Of a DNA stretch of 64,000 nucleotides, positions 38,141 to 48,518 are shown piece after piece; within the stretch, counting starts at the first letter, position 1, and each line of letters begins with the position of its first letter. A model generated the notes under the pieces. The model had not been told where the DNA came from, searched no databases, and was given only the letters and a program-made list of their open reading frames with translations. This stretch comes from Nanobdellota archaeon (GTDB taxonomy: Archaea > Nanobdellota > Nanobdellia > Tiddalikarchaeales > Tiddalikarchaeaceae), in contig JAFGFH010000008.1 of assembly GCA_016931175.1 (NCBI GenBank), positions 18,477 to 82,476 on the forward strand. The letters are read 5' to 3'. The position numbers and the translations under genes are program-made.

Positions 38141-39247
38141 ATGAATGCTAAGACTCGCATGTTGTTAAGTGCAGTAGCCACGCTTGTAGGAACCGTTGTA
38201 GGAGCAGGTTTTCTGGGAATACCAAAGGCTTTAACTATGAGCGGTTTCCTGCCAGGACTCTTAATGATGATGGCTGTAGCTGTTGTTATGATAATCATGA
38301 GCTTGTTCGCAACCGAGCTCAGCCTGAACACGAAGAAGGTGCACCAGATGCCAGGAATGGTAAGCAAATACTTAGGCAAAAAGATAGGAGTAATAGCAAG
38401 CATAGTCTTTGCGCTAATCAGTGTGGGAGCAATGATGGCATACCTGATAGGTTGCTCGGACATAATAAGCCATTATACTGGGATAAACCAGTTATACTGC
38501 ATGATAGCTTACTTTTTGATACTCTCATTCTTCGTATTCAAAGGTTTAAGGCTGATAGAAAAAGCAGAACTATACCTTGGCATTGGTATGATAATCTTCT
38601 TATTAATACTTGTTGCTTCATTGTCTGGCAACTTTAATATTAACAAATTATTAATCTTTGAAATAACCAACCTCATAATACCTTTTGGAGTTATAATATT
38701 CAGCTTCGGAGGCTACAATGTCATGACAGAGGTGGAAGAGATAACTAACGGCAGCAAAGATTTAATGATAAAGACGAGCTTCATAGGCACGCTAATACCT
38801 TTCGTATTCTTTTTAAGCTTTGCAGTAATAATGCTGGGCAGCTTCGGGGGCAGCGTAGCAGACATAGCTACAGAGAGCCTTACAGGTTGGGTGGGAGTAA
38901 TAGGCAACACCATAGCCTTCCTTGCAATGACGAGCTCTTACATAATAAGCGGACTGCTCATGAGGGACATGTTCATCGACGACCATGGTATGAAGCCAAC
39001 AATGAGTTCGTTAATAACAATGATAACTCCTTTACTTATAGTCCTCCTCGCATCTCCAACATTCATAGACACGCTCGCATTCACAGGAGCAGTCCTTGCA
39101 GGCTTATTCGCGGTAATACTCTCAGCAACGGTAATAGTGCACAGGAGAAAGATAAGAAAAGCTTACTTCACAACACCGGGAGGAATAATTACACCAATCC
39201 TCACAAGCTTGTTCTTTTTAGCAGGAGTAATAATAATATTAACATAA
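38141..39247 (+). CDS. Amino acid permease (APC/AAAP-type transporter)
   Basis: 11 predicted TM helices. N-terminal GAGFLGIP motif typical of amino-acid transporters. Confidence 0.6.
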   Translation: MNAKTRMLLSAVATLVGTVVGAGFLGIPKALTMSGFLPGLLMMMAVAVVMIIMSLFATELSLNTKKVHQMPGMVSKYLGKKIGVIASIVFALISVGAMMAYLIGCSDIISHYTGINQLYCMIAYFLILSFFVFKGLRLIEKAELYLGIGMIIFLLILVASLSGNFNINKLLIFEITNLIIPFGVIIFSFGGYNVMTEVEEITNGSKDLMIKTSFIGTLIPFVFFLSFAVIMLGSFGGSVADIATESLTGWVGVIGNTIAFLAMTSSYIISGLLMRDMFIDDHGMKPTMSSLITMITPLLIVLLASPTFIDTLAFTGAVLAGLFAVILSATVIVHRRKIRKAYFTTPGGIITPILTSLFFLAGVIIILT

Positions 39248-39290
39248 TTAACATATATCGATAGAAAGATATATAAATAATCGATATATA

Positions 39291-40115
39291 TTGAAGAGTA
39301 TGGTTGCAGAAAAAATCAAATCCTTCAGGGAGTTGAACAATGTTCTTCAAAAAAACCTTCTTGATGTTAATAAGAGGGATGATTTATTCAAAAGTTTGGC
39401 ATTATATTTAAGGAAAGAATCTGAAAAAGATTACTTAAATGATATGATAAAATATGCTAAAAAAGAGCCTGGCAAATCTGACAGGTGCAGAGAGGCATGC
39501 ATAAACGCTTCACAGTATTATTTAAACAAGGGAAATATTGCTTCATATCTTGTTAATTATGTTTTACCTGGACTAAGGACAGCTCCTTCTCAAAACAGGA
39601 AACATGAAGAGCTTGAGAAAGTTGTTGAAATAGTTCAAGAGGTTTCGAACAATTTCACATTCGAGAAGGTATCCCTCGGCAATGCAGTAGCAATCTTTGA
39701 CATATTAGAAAACTTGTGCGCAGTTTATTACAATGATTTCAAAGAAGAAGAGGTTTATGATAGGATAGAGACTGCCCTCATTGCCTTAGATGGTATTGAC
39801 AAGGTTGTAAAAGAATACGAAAAAGAGGTAAGGAAAGGCAACTCTGTTACAATAGAAGAGATAATGAAGAACTTAACAAACGCAGGGGCAACGAATGAAT
39901 TGCTCTCAACAGAGGTTTTGGACTGCATAAACCAGGGAAAGATTGACTTCCTTAAGATGTTTACAGCCAAGGTTAATGATTTGTTCCAGATGATAACTCA
40001 GAAATATCTTCCAAATATTGCTTTAGTGGACAGTATTGTTACTGAAGTGCCTGAATCAATCATATTAGAATGCCGGCAGGTAATATCAGAGTGTTCAAGA
40101 AAAAAGAAAAGGTGA
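39291..40115 (+). CDS. Hypothetical protein (274 aa)
   Basis: ORF only. Confidence 0.35.
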   Translation: MKSMVAEKIKSFRELNNVLQKNLLDVNKRDDLFKSLALYLRKESEKDYLNDMIKYAKKEPGKSDRCREACINASQYYLNKGNIASYLVNYVLPGLRTAPSQNRKHEELEKVVEIVQEVSNNFTFEKVSLGNAVAIFDILENLCAVYYNDFKEEEVYDRIETALIALDGIDKVVKEYEKEVRKGNSVTIEEIMKNLTNAGATNELLSTEVLDCINQGKIDFLKMFTAKVNDLFQMITQKYLPNIALVDSIVTEVPESIILECRQVISECSRKKKR

Positions 40116-40125
40116 GGATTAACAA

Positions 40126-40419
40126 ATGGCAATAATATCTTCATTACCTTCAGGATTTGAACAGGTCAATAATAACTTATTTTTCAGAGACGATTTATTA
40201 TACGACTTAGAGAATCAGAAAAAGGGATTAAGTTCTGCCATCTTATCCTTGGATGCTAGAATTAAAAGTTTAGATAATGGTTCGCGGAGGAATATGCTAA
40301 TCGATGCACGAGAGACATCGGTTAATGCAATAAAATACATTAACAGAATCTTGAATTACATAAAATCATTTGATAATAGAACTGCTTATTCCAGGGAAGA
40401 GCTTGAAATTTTAATTTGA
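40126..40419 (+). CDS. Hypothetical protein (97 aa)
   Basis: ORF only. Confidence 0.3.
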   Translation: MAIISSLPSGFEQVNNNLFFRDDLLYDLENQKKGLSSAILSLDARIKSLDNGSRRNMLIDARETSVNAIKYINRILNYIKSFDNRTAYSREELEILI

Positions 40420-41703
40420 AACAATATTTCTTAATACCTTGCTTCCAGGAGCAACCAATACATTAGTTCCTATTAAAAGCCCTGGCTGGCCTATTGAGAC
40501 GTTGATTCCGAACTTGACATTATTGCCTGTGAAGACGCCAAGCTTCCTCATACCAGTATCAACTAATTTGCCTTTCTTTTCAATAAACATCTTAATGCTC
40601 TTATTGTCGTGCCTTAAGTTTGCAACCTTTGTCCCAGCACCGAAGTTGCAGTTGTTTCCAATATAAGAGTCTCCAATGTAATTAAAGTGAGGAGCATTGG
40701 TTCCAAAGCCTAAAGTGCTGTTCTTAACCTCACTAGTGCTTACCTTGTTGCTTCCAAGCAACACGCTTGTCTCTCTAATAATGCTGTTGTAAATATCGCA
40801 GTTCTCTCCTATGAAATTGTTGCCGAATATTAGTGTTGAACCGTGAATCCTGCTTCCCTCTTCAATAATTATCATACCATCCTCGGGAATGAACTCAACA
40901 TTAGGTCCAATGTCAACGTTTTCAGCAATGAATACTCCCGGCTTGAATGTCTTATACTTGCCTATATCATTATACCTCTTGTAATTGCTGAAGAAGAATT
41001 TTGTTAATGGAAGAATCTGGTAAGGCATGCCGAGATCAAACCAGTTCTCAATAGTTTCAACAATCAAATCATCCTTCTTAATTAGTTCATTAATAGCATC
41101 GGTTATGAAGTATTCGCCGTTATCATGAGGTTTCAGTTTATCAATCAATTTAAAGATGTTAGGCTTGAAGACGTAAATAGCAGTATTTATCAGGTTACTC
41201 ATAGGCTTTTCAGGCTTCTCAACTATTTCAGTAACCTTCTTAGCTTCATGGTTAATAACTCCGTAAGCTGAAGGGTTTAAGACTTCAAATCCTCCAATTA
41301 CTGACTTTCCAGTATTATTGAAAGCGTTTATTAGTTTCTGAATATCATTGCCCTGGTAGTGGTTGTCTCCCATTAATCCTATAAAAGGTTCATTAATGAG
41401 ATTCTTAACAAGGCCGAAGGCTTTCCCTGTGCCCAGAGCTTCTTCTTGAACAATGTAGGATACTATTACTCCGTACTTCTCGCTCATCTCTTTCTGGAAC
41501 TCTTCAAAGATTTCATTAAAATTCTGCCCTTTTATTATAATAACGTCTTTAATGCCTAACCTGCTCAGTTCAATAATCTGGTATTCGAGAAAGAACTTGC
41601 CAAGAATTCTTACCAAAGGCTTAGGACTATTTTCACTAATAGGCCATAACCTGCTGCCTTCTCCTGCAGCAAGAATTACTGCTTTCATATCATAAAACAG
41701 CAC
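40411..41703 (-). CDS. Bifunctional sugar-1-phosphate nucleotidyltransferase / hexapeptide-repeat acetyltransferase (GlmU-like)
   Basis: N-terminal MKAVILAAGEGSRLWP nucleotidyltransferase motif (true start probably at MKAV, 41688). C-terminal left-handed beta-helix repeats. Confidence 0.7.
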   Translation of the reverse strand: MLFYDMKAVILAAGEGSRLWPISENSPKPLVRILGKFFLEYQIIELSRLGIKDVIIIKGQNFNEIFEEFQKEMSEKYGVIVSYIVQEEALGTGKAFGLVKNLINEPFIGLMGDNHYQGNDIQKLINAFNNTGKSVIGGFEVLNPSAYGVINHEAKKVTEIVEKPEKPMSNLINTAIYVFKPNIFKLIDKLKPHDNGEYFITDAINELIKKDDLIVETIENWFDLGMPYQILPLTKFFFSNYKRYNDIGKYKTFKPGVFIAENVDIGPNVEFIPEDGMIIIEEGSRIHGSTLIFGNNFIGENCDIYNSIIRETSVLLGSNKVSTSEVKNSTLGFGTNAPHFNYIGDSYIGNNCNFGAGTKVANLRHDNKSIKMFIEKKGKLVDTGMRKLGVFTGNNVKFGINVSIGQPGLLIGTNVLVAPGSKVLRNIVSN

Positions 41704-41841
41704 TGTTCTTCTTTATAAAACCTTTTCAAGAAGAGATTATAACCAGCTTAAACTGTTTTAAAACCGGTTTTTTAAGGGTTTTTATGCTTTTTGTAAAAGG
41801 CAAATATTTAAAAAACAAAGACTATTATAAATTATTTTATA

Positions 41842-42804
41842 ATGGTTTTTAGGAGGATAATATTAGAGGAAGAGGACGGCGCTTACTTACAGGAAGCTGA
41901 AGTTTTTGAAAAACCTTCAAGCATTAAACCCTTAGTTTCAGAACTGGCTTGGAATATCCTATTAAGCATTAAGGACGAGCCTTTATACCCTTTGCAGATA
42001 GCTAAAAAATTGAATGTTCATGAGCAAAAGGTTTACTATCATATAAATAATTTGGTTAAGGCAGGGCTTGTTAAAGTCGTTAAAGAAGAGGATATTAAAG
42101 GAGCAAGTGCAAAGTTTTACTCCCCAGTCTCTCCAGTGTTTGCAGTGGACTTAGGATTCGGTAAATCCCCTGCTAAGAATAACGGGGTTGCCAGTTCAAA
42201 AACCATAGATTTCTTCAAAGAGTTCAACAAGGACAATTTTAACGGTTACATAATTGTTGGAAGCCCGGAAGCTCACGGTCCTTTAAAGACTTGGGCGAAT
42301 GACGGGCACTACTCTAATTATTTAGCATTCTTCTTAGGCAATTTCATAAAATTCTCGCACGACTCCTTTATTGAATTAGATATTGATGTAAAGGCAAGAA
42401 ACAAATTCGATGACAACTTTATACTAATCGGCGGACCAGGAGTTAATGTTATAACTTACGAGTTCAACAATTACCTGCCTGTAAAGTTTGACACTCAATT
42501 CATAGGGGAAGCGCCTAGCGCTAATTTCGGCAAGGGTTTTATCAGCAGTAAAACCAAGAAGGTTTACACCAATCCTGCAATAGGAGTTATTGAAAAGATT
42601 GAAAACCCTAATGATAAGAATAAGACTGTGATACTGCTGGCAGGAGTCAGCAAGAGAGGCACGCTCAGTGCATTACTGGCACTCACTAGAGAGCCGGATA
42701 AAATCTTAAAGGATTACACGCCAGGCAAACCATTTGCTAGAGTAGTGGAAGGGTTCGACTTAAGCGGGGACGGAAAGATAGACAACTTTGAGGTAAAAGA
42801 ATGA
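41842..42804 (+). CDS. Winged-helix domain protein (320 aa)
   Basis: N-terminal region (YPLQIAKKLNVHEQKVYYHINNLVKAGLV) resembles an ArsR/MarR-like wHTH. C-terminal domain unassigned. Confidence 0.4.
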   Translation: MVFRRIILEEEDGAYLQEAEVFEKPSSIKPLVSELAWNILLSIKDEPLYPLQIAKKLNVHEQKVYYHINNLVKAGLVKVVKEEDIKGASAKFYSPVSPVFAVDLGFGKSPAKNNGVASSKTIDFFKEFNKDNFNGYIIVGSPEAHGPLKTWANDGHYSNYLAFFLGNFIKFSHDSFIELDIDVKARNKFDDNFILIGGPGVNVITYEFNNYLPVKFDTQFIGEAPSANFGKGFISSKTKKVYTNPAIGVIEKIENPNDKNKTVILLAGVSKRGTLSALLALTREPDKILKDYTPGKPFARVVEGFDLSGDGKIDNFEVKE

Positions 42805-43859
42805 GGGTATTAAAAAAAGACTACAAAAAAGGTTATGTGAAACTAGTTGTGCAGTCCTTGGATGACTTATGGTATCTGAGCAAGATAGTGGGAGAAGGGG
42901 ATATCGTCTCCGGCTTGACTTACAGGAAATTAAGTGTTAATGAGAAGGAGGGCGAGCGAAAGAGAGTCTATTTGAAGATAAGAGTTGAAAAGGTTGAATT
43001 CACAGAGTTCAGCAATAATTTGAAGATACTTGGCGTCATTACTGAGGCTAGGGATGAACGCGTAGCAGTAGGCGACCACCACTCATTCATTTTAGGAACA
43101 AGTTCAGAGATTGAGATAGAAAAAGAGTGGAACAGTGTTGACAAGAATTATCTAATCAGGAGCGAGCAGAGGAAAGACATTGACTTGTTAATAGTTGCGT
43201 GCGATTACGGCGACGCCAGTTTTGCTTACTACCACGAGTACGGTTTAGAACATGCAGGCACCTTGAGCGAGGAGTTAGGAGGCAAAAAAGAGTTAAAAGC
43301 GTTTGAAAAGAACAAGGAAGAATACTTGAAAAAATTATTGGAAACAATTAATGAGACTGCCAGGAACAGGGGTATAAAAAAGATTCTTATCGGAGGAGCC
43401 AGCATGATAACAGACTCCTTGAATAAGCTTTACAAGAATTACGATTACTTGAAGGACAAGACATTTCTTGCAAAGATTAATTACAGCGGCAGGAACGGGA
43501 TTAATGAATTAATACAAAAAGGAGAGGTTGACAAGATAATAAAAGATAATGTATACTCTGAGAATGTTAAGATTGTTAATAAATTATTAGAACTAATCAG
43601 CAAGAATGGAAAAGCAACTTACGGGTTTAAACAGGTTAAGAAAGCAGCAGAGGCCTCAGCAGTAAGTGATTTATTAATAACAGACAATACTATTGCCAAG
43701 TACAGGCAGGAGAATAAGTATGAAGAATTAGATAGGTTAATATTAACTGCTGAGGGAAACAAAGCCAAGATACACATCATACCTTCCAACACTGAACACG
43801 GAGAAGCAGTTGATAACTTAACAGGCATAGCTGCAATACTAAGATACAATATTGAATAG
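42801..43859 (+). CDS. pelA: Pelota/Dom34 (mRNA surveillance, no-go decay)
   Basis: N-terminal VKL....DDLW.L..I...D.V pattern. eRF1-like domains. 352 aa. Confidence 0.8.
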   Translation: MRVLKKDYKKGYVKLVVQSLDDLWYLSKIVGEGDIVSGLTYRKLSVNEKEGERKRVYLKIRVEKVEFTEFSNNLKILGVITEARDERVAVGDHHSFILGTSSEIEIEKEWNSVDKNYLIRSEQRKDIDLLIVACDYGDASFAYYHEYGLEHAGTLSEELGGKKELKAFEKNKEEYLKKLLETINETARNRGIKKILIGGASMITDSLNKLYKNYDYLKDKTFLAKINYSGRNGINELIQKGEVDKIIKDNVYSENVKIVNKLLELISKNGKATYGFKQVKKAAEASAVSDLLITDNTIAKYRQENKYEELDRLILTAEGNKAKIHIIPSNTEHGEAVDNLTGIAAILRYNIE

Positions 43860-43897
43860 CAACGTTTAAAAAAAGAATAAATTACTAATATTAAATT

Positions 43898-44620
43898 ATG
43901 CAGGAGATTAATTCATACGAGGATGCTAAGAAGGTAATTGAATCATACAAGCCGGGCTCTTCAGTTGAAGCTCTTTTGAAAGTTATGGAATACTTTGAAG
44001 AGAAATTAATCATAACTCCTCCTTATCTTCAGAGCTACGTTTTAGGCTTTGAGACATACTTCCTGATAGGTTCATGTAAAGGTGATGAAGGCAAAAAAGT
44101 CAACGATTTCCTTGCTGATTATAACAATGAATACGGTTTATGCAACGTAATTAATGATTATTTCAGAGAAGCAGCTGATTTAGCAGAACACGTCCTTGAA
44201 TTAATCAGGGATGAAGAGGGTTTCAAAATTAAAGCCCTTGAAAAACTCGCAGCAATTTACAATTTTAACTCTGAAAGCATACAGTCTTTTTTGAAACAAT
44301 CAGATGAAACAGAGTCTAGTGAGAGGATAAACTTAATCGCTTATAATATGATTCAATCTCTTAAAAAATCCAAACATTACGTTGATGAATTAATAAAGCT
44401 TGACCCGTCTAATGCAAAAAATTACTACAACAAGTTCTTAGTCGTTGACAAGTTGAATCTGTTGGATGAGATTGAAGAATCACTCTTGAAACTAATAGAA
44501 TTAGAACCTGAATGCAAGGAATACTATTCAGAACTGAGTGTTTTATATCTTAGAAAAGGTGACGAGAAGAAATCAAGAGAGGTAATGAAGAAGATGCCTG
44601 CTCCAAATATTTCAATATGA
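43898..44620 (+). CDS. TPR-like repeat protein
   Basis: C-terminal helical repeats with TPR-like spacing (A..YYN......L...E.L..LIELEP). Confidence 0.4.
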   Translation: MQEINSYEDAKKVIESYKPGSSVEALLKVMEYFEEKLIITPPYLQSYVLGFETYFLIGSCKGDEGKKVNDFLADYNNEYGLCNVINDYFREAADLAEHVLELIRDEEGFKIKALEKLAAIYNFNSESIQSFLKQSDETESSERINLIAYNMIQSLKKSKHYVDELIKLDPSNAKNYYNKFLVVDKLNLLDEIEESLLKLIELEPECKEYYSELSVLYLRKGDEKKSREVMKKMPAPNISI

Positions 44621-44634
44621 GGAGTTGATTAATA

Positions 44635-45177
44635 ATGGTACTAGATTGGCAGATTAATTATGATGCAGCAATTCAATGCATCACGGCTCAAACGCATTAT
44701 TATGAGATTAAGTATTACATTGACAAGGCAGTGTTTGAACTTGGTGAAGAAGCAGTTAATCACCCCGAGGTTTTAATAACAGCTGCAGAGTTTTACATGG
44801 AACTGCCGAAGTATGAGGATATTCCTTACAACAGTTTTGATGACGTTCTTAACGGTGTTTTAAAAAAAGCGCTTGAGTATTCAAACACTGCACTAAAATC
44901 AAGATTGTCTTCTAATGAATTAAAGCAACTGTTTTTAGTTAGGGGCCAAATATTGAACACTCAAGCAACCAAGCTTGAAGAATTATTAAAAGAAGAAGGA
45001 GTCTTTGACACTGAAAGAGTTAATTTAATAACTAGTATTTACTTAGAAGCTAAGGAGTGTTTTAACAGGTTAGAGGAAGAGGATAATGACTACAAGCACG
45101 CGAGTATAGCAAGTCTTAATCTTGAAGAGATTGAAAAATCAATAGCTAAATTATTAAGTGAATATGTTAGAAAATGA
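44635..45177 (+). CDS. Hypothetical helical protein (180 aa)
   Basis: ORF only. Confidence 0.35.
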   Translation: MVLDWQINYDAAIQCITAQTHYYEIKYYIDKAVFELGEEAVNHPEVLITAAEFYMELPKYEDIPYNSFDDVLNGVLKKALEYSNTALKSRLSSNELKQLFLVRGQILNTQATKLEELLKEEGVFDTERVNLITSIYLEAKECFNRLEEEDNDYKHASIASLNLEEIEKSIAKLLSEYVRK

Positions 45178-45242
45178 ATTTTTTTTTAAGCATTCACTAA
45201 GTTGATAATCTTTTTAAACACTATTTCATTAAGATAAGATTA

Positions 45243-45524
45243 ATGATTGACGAGGCTAAAGTTAAACACGTGGCAGAGCTAGCTAGGCTTAGATTAAGCA
45301 GTGAAGAGGTTACCAAGTTTGCCAGGCAATTGAATGATGTTATTGAAAGCTTCAAAATACTTGACGAGGTAAACGTTGAAGGGGTAGAGCCCAGTTTTCA
45401 CCCAATAAAGACTGAGAACGTCTTAAGAGAGGATAATGTGGAGAAGTGCTTGGACAAGAAGACAGTGTTTAAACTGGCCTGCCACAAGGAAGATGACTAC
45501 TTTAAAACTCCGAAGATAGTGTGA
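45243..45524 (+). CDS. gatC: Aspartyl/glutamyl-tRNA amidotransferase subunit C
   Basis: V.HVA.LARL.L..EE...F..QL..V...F..L..V...V.P GatC pattern. 93 aa. Confidence 0.75.
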   Translation: MIDEAKVKHVAELARLRLSSEEVTKFARQLNDVIESFKILDEVNVEGVEPSFHPIKTENVLREDNVEKCLDKKTVFKLACHKEDDYFKTPKIV

Positions 45525-45529
45525 AGATA

Positions 45530-45688
45530 ATGATGCAAGATTTTGATTTTTTTGAAAACGATTGGATAGGTTTCGAAGACGAAACCGACTGCGACGAGTT
45601 CTGCATAGGAACACAGGAAGAGATAGAGGTAGAGCAGGTAATGGAATTGTACAGGAAGAAGTACGGGAACACGAGGATTGCAAGATAA
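45530..45688 (+). CDS. Small acidic ORF (52 aa) between gatC and gatA
   Basis: MMQDFDFFENDWIGFEDETDCDEFCIGTQEEIEVEQVMELYRKKYGNTRIAR. Its stop overlaps the gatA ATG (TAATG), suggesting translational coupling. May be spurious. Confidence 0.25.
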   Translation: MMQDFDFFENDWIGFEDETDCDEFCIGTQEEIEVEQVMELYRKKYGNTRIAR

Positions 45689-47100
45689 TGGACATAGAAG
45701 AATATGTAAATAAGATTAAGAGTAAAAAATTAAACGCAGTGAACACTATCAAGAAAGTCATATCCAAAGTTAAGGAATTAAACAAAGAGTATAATTGTTT
45801 TATTACAATATGCGAGGATGAAGCCTTAGAACAGGCAAGACTAGTTGATAAGAACAGGAAAGGCAGATTAGCTGGTGTGCCGGTAAGTGTTAAGGATGCA
45901 ATCTGTGTTAAGAATGTTCAAGCCACTGCAGGCAGCAAGATGCTGGAAGGGTATGTTCCACCCTTTGATGCTACTGTTATTCAAAGACTAAAGGATGAGG
46001 GAGCTATTATTATCGGAAAGACGAGCCAGGACGCGTTCGGTTTCGGAAGCTTCAGCGTTAACACGAATATGAGCGTGCCTAAAAACCCTTTTGATAAGAA
46101 TAGGAGTGCGGGCGGCAGCAGCGGAGGAACTGCGTGTGTAACCCAACTCGCTGACTTCCCTCATATAGGAATCGGCGAGAGCACTGGTGGAAGCATAAGC
46201 GCTCCAAGCAGCTTCTGCGGAGTGTATGGTTTGACGCCCACTTATGGATTGAACAGCAGGTACGGCTTGATCGATTACGGAAACAGCCTTGACAAGATTG
46301 GACCCATCTGCAAGTCTACACATGATACAGCATTAGTATTAAATATCATATCAGGGAATGACCCTCGCGACCAGACAAGCCTGAACAGTAAAAAGATTGA
46401 TTACACTAAATTCGAAGACATTAAAAATTATACGATTGGGTTGCCTAAGCAGTATTTCCAAAACATTTCACCAAGTGTTAAAAAGAGTGTTGAGGAGGTA
46501 ATAAGCGTCTTGAAAAAGTTAGGCATAAGATTCGTAGAGGTGGACTTGAAAACAACAAAGTATCACATACCCGCGTATTACTTAATAGCAATGTGCGAGG
46601 CTAGCACGAACCTGGCAAAACTTGATGGTGTAAGGTACGGCAGCCGCACATCATTCACGGACAGTGACAATTACAATGATTACTACACTAGTGTTAGGAG
46701 CAAGAACTTCTGCGCTGAAACTAAGAGGAGGATTATAATAGGAACTTTCGCGAGGATGAGCGGTTACCGAAGCCAGTACTACTTGAAGGCGATGAAGGTT
46801 AGGACTTTAATCATTAATGATTACAAGAAAGCGTTCGAGAAGGTTGACTGCCTGCTAAGCCCGACCATGATGTTCACAGCTCCAAGGTTTGACGAGATTG
46901 AGAAACTAGACCCTTTGCAGGAGTACCAGAGTGATTTATTAACATGCGGGCCTAACCTTGCAGGAATACCCATGATTAATGTTCCATGCGGCAAGGATGA
47001 GAATGGTTTGCCGATAGGGTTTCATATAATAGCCGACCACTTGAATGAGCTTAAGATTTTAAGCGTGGCTAATGCTTACGAGGAGGCGATGAAGAAGTGA
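45688..47100 (+). CDS. gatA: Aspartyl/glutamyl-tRNA amidotransferase subunit A (amidase)
   Basis: Amidase signature GGSSGG...S, Ser-cisSer-Lys region. Start chosen at MDIEEY, because the track ORF has an Arg-rich 42-aa upstream extension judged non-coding. Confidence 0.85.
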   Translation: MDIEEYVNKIKSKKLNAVNTIKKVISKVKELNKEYNCFITICEDEALEQARLVDKNRKGRLAGVPVSVKDAICVKNVQATAGSKMLEGYVPPFDATVIQRLKDEGAIIIGKTSQDAFGFGSFSVNTNMSVPKNPFDKNRSAGGSSGGTACVTQLADFPHIGIGESTGGSISAPSSFCGVYGLTPTYGLNSRYGLIDYGNSLDKIGPICKSTHDTALVLNIISGNDPRDQTSLNSKKIDYTKFEDIKNYTIGLPKQYFQNISPSVKKSVEEVISVLKKLGIRFVEVDLKTTKYHIPAYYLIAMCEASTNLAKLDGVRYGSRTSFTDSDNYNDYYTSVRSKNFCAETKRRIIIGTFARMSGYRSQYYLKAMKVRTLIINDYKKAFEKVDCLLSPTMMFTAPRFDEIEKLDPLQEYQSDLLTCGPNLAGIPMINVPCGKDENGLPIGFHIIADHLNELKILSVANAYEEAMKK

Positions 47101-48518
47101 GCGACGACGTAAAGTGCATTATAGGGTTAGAGATTCACGCTCAGATGAAGACGAATTCCAAGATATTCTGCGGCTGCCCTGTTGATAATAACGCTGCACC
47201 TAACACTAACGTTTGCGAGACTTGCCTAGGCTACCCTGGCAGCAAACCCAGACTTAACAGGAAGGTCTTCGAGAACGGCGTTAAGATAGCAAAAGCTTTG
47301 AACTGTGAAGTGCCTAAGAACGTCTTCTTCAGCAGGAAATCATACTTTTACCCTGACATGACTAAGAACTTCCAAATAACCCAGTACGAGATACCAGTCG
47401 GGCTTAACGGTTTCTTAAAGATTAAATGGAGAGGAGAAGAGTTAAAGATTAGAATAAGAAGAGCCCACTTGGAAGAAGACCCAGGCAAGCTCGTTCACGT
47501 AGGAGGAGATATTACAACAAGCAAGTATACTTTAGTAGATTATAACCGTGCTGGAACTCCATTGATAGAGATAGTTACAGACCCTGACTTCACGCACCCC
47601 GAACAGGTAAGAGATTTTCTAAACAAGCTTAGGGCAATACTTGAGCACTTAAACATTTACGACTCTGACATGATAATGAAAGCGGACGCTAACATCAGCG
47701 TTAAAGGAGGGGAAAGGGTTGAGGTCAAGAACATTACCGGTTTCGCGAGCATCATTAAAGCATTAGAGTACGAGTATAACAGGCAGCGTATTATGGCTAA
47801 GCAGGGATTATTCATTAAACAGCAGGAGACGAGAGCTTACAGCGAACAGACTAAGACCACTAAGCCGTTGCGCGTTAAAGAGAGTGAAGCGGATTACGGA
47901 TACATATTCGAGCCTGACCTTAGCTGGCAGAGAATGGATGATGCGAGGCTTAAGAGTATTTATTCAAGAATGAATGAATTACCTGATGAGAGGGTTGAAA
48001 GATTCACAAAGGAATATAAATTATCAGAAGATTCAGCAACAGTACTCGTATACACGGACAAAGCACTAGCTGACTTTTACGAAGCGTGCGCTAAAACTTT
48101 CAAAGATTATGAATTATTATACAACTGGCTGAGCACTCACCTTCTGAAATGCTTGAATTATAATAATGTGAGTATCAGCAAGAGCAAAGTAAGTCCTGAA
48201 CTATTCCTTGAATTCATGAAGGAGATAAAATCAGGATGTTTAAGCGAGCGATTAGCCAAGGAATTAGTCAAGGAATTAGCCAGCACGGGAAAACCAATAA
48301 AGCAGATTATGAAATCAAAGAATATTAAAGAATTCAGTGATAAGGATTTGATGCCTATAATTAAAAAAATAATTGAAAAAAATGAAAAAGCAGTAGCAGA
48401 TTATAGGATGGGCAATAATAATTCAATAAACTTTTTAATAGGACAAGTGCTTAGAGAGACTAATTTTCAAGCAGGTGTTGAAAATATAAGAGAATTAATT
48501 GAGAAGGTGATAAAATAA
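47097..48518 (+). CDS. gatB: Aspartyl/glutamyl-tRNA amidotransferase subunit B
   Basis: IGLEIHAQ....K.FC.C N-terminal GatB signature. C-terminal YqeY-like tail. 4-nt overlap with gatA. Confidence 0.85.
   Translation: MSDDVKCIIGLEIHAQMKTNSKIFCGCPVDNNAAPNTNVCETCLGYPGSKPRLNRKVFENGVKIAKALNCEVPKNVFFSRKSYFYPDMTKNFQITQYEIPVGLNGFLKIKWRGEELKIRIRRAHLEEDPGKLVHVGGDITTSKYTLVDYNRAGTPLIEIVTDPDFTHPEQVRDFLNKLRAILEHLNIYDSDMIMKADANISVKGGERVEVKNITGFASIIKALEYEYNRQRIMAKQGLFIKQQETRAYSEQTKTTKPLRVKESEADYGYIFEPDLSWQRMDDARLKSIYSRMNELPDERVERFTKEYKLSEDSATVLVYTDKALADFYEACAKTFKDYELLYNWLSTHLLKCLNYNNVSISKSKVSPELFLEFMKEIKSGCLSERLAKELVKELASTGKPIKQIMKSKNIKEFSDKDLMPIIKKIIEKNEKAVADYRMGNNNSINFLIGQVLRETNFQAGVENIRELIEKVIK

Noticed and set aside
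45562-45687. Long N-terminal extension of gatA (MDRFRRRNRLRRVLHRNTGRDRGRAGNG...) as given by the ORF track.
   Set aside because: The Arg-rich low-complexity extension is unlike any GatA N-terminus. A proper start, MDIEEY, at 45688 is overlapped (TAATG) by an upstream small ORF. The extension is treated as non-coding read-through of the frame.
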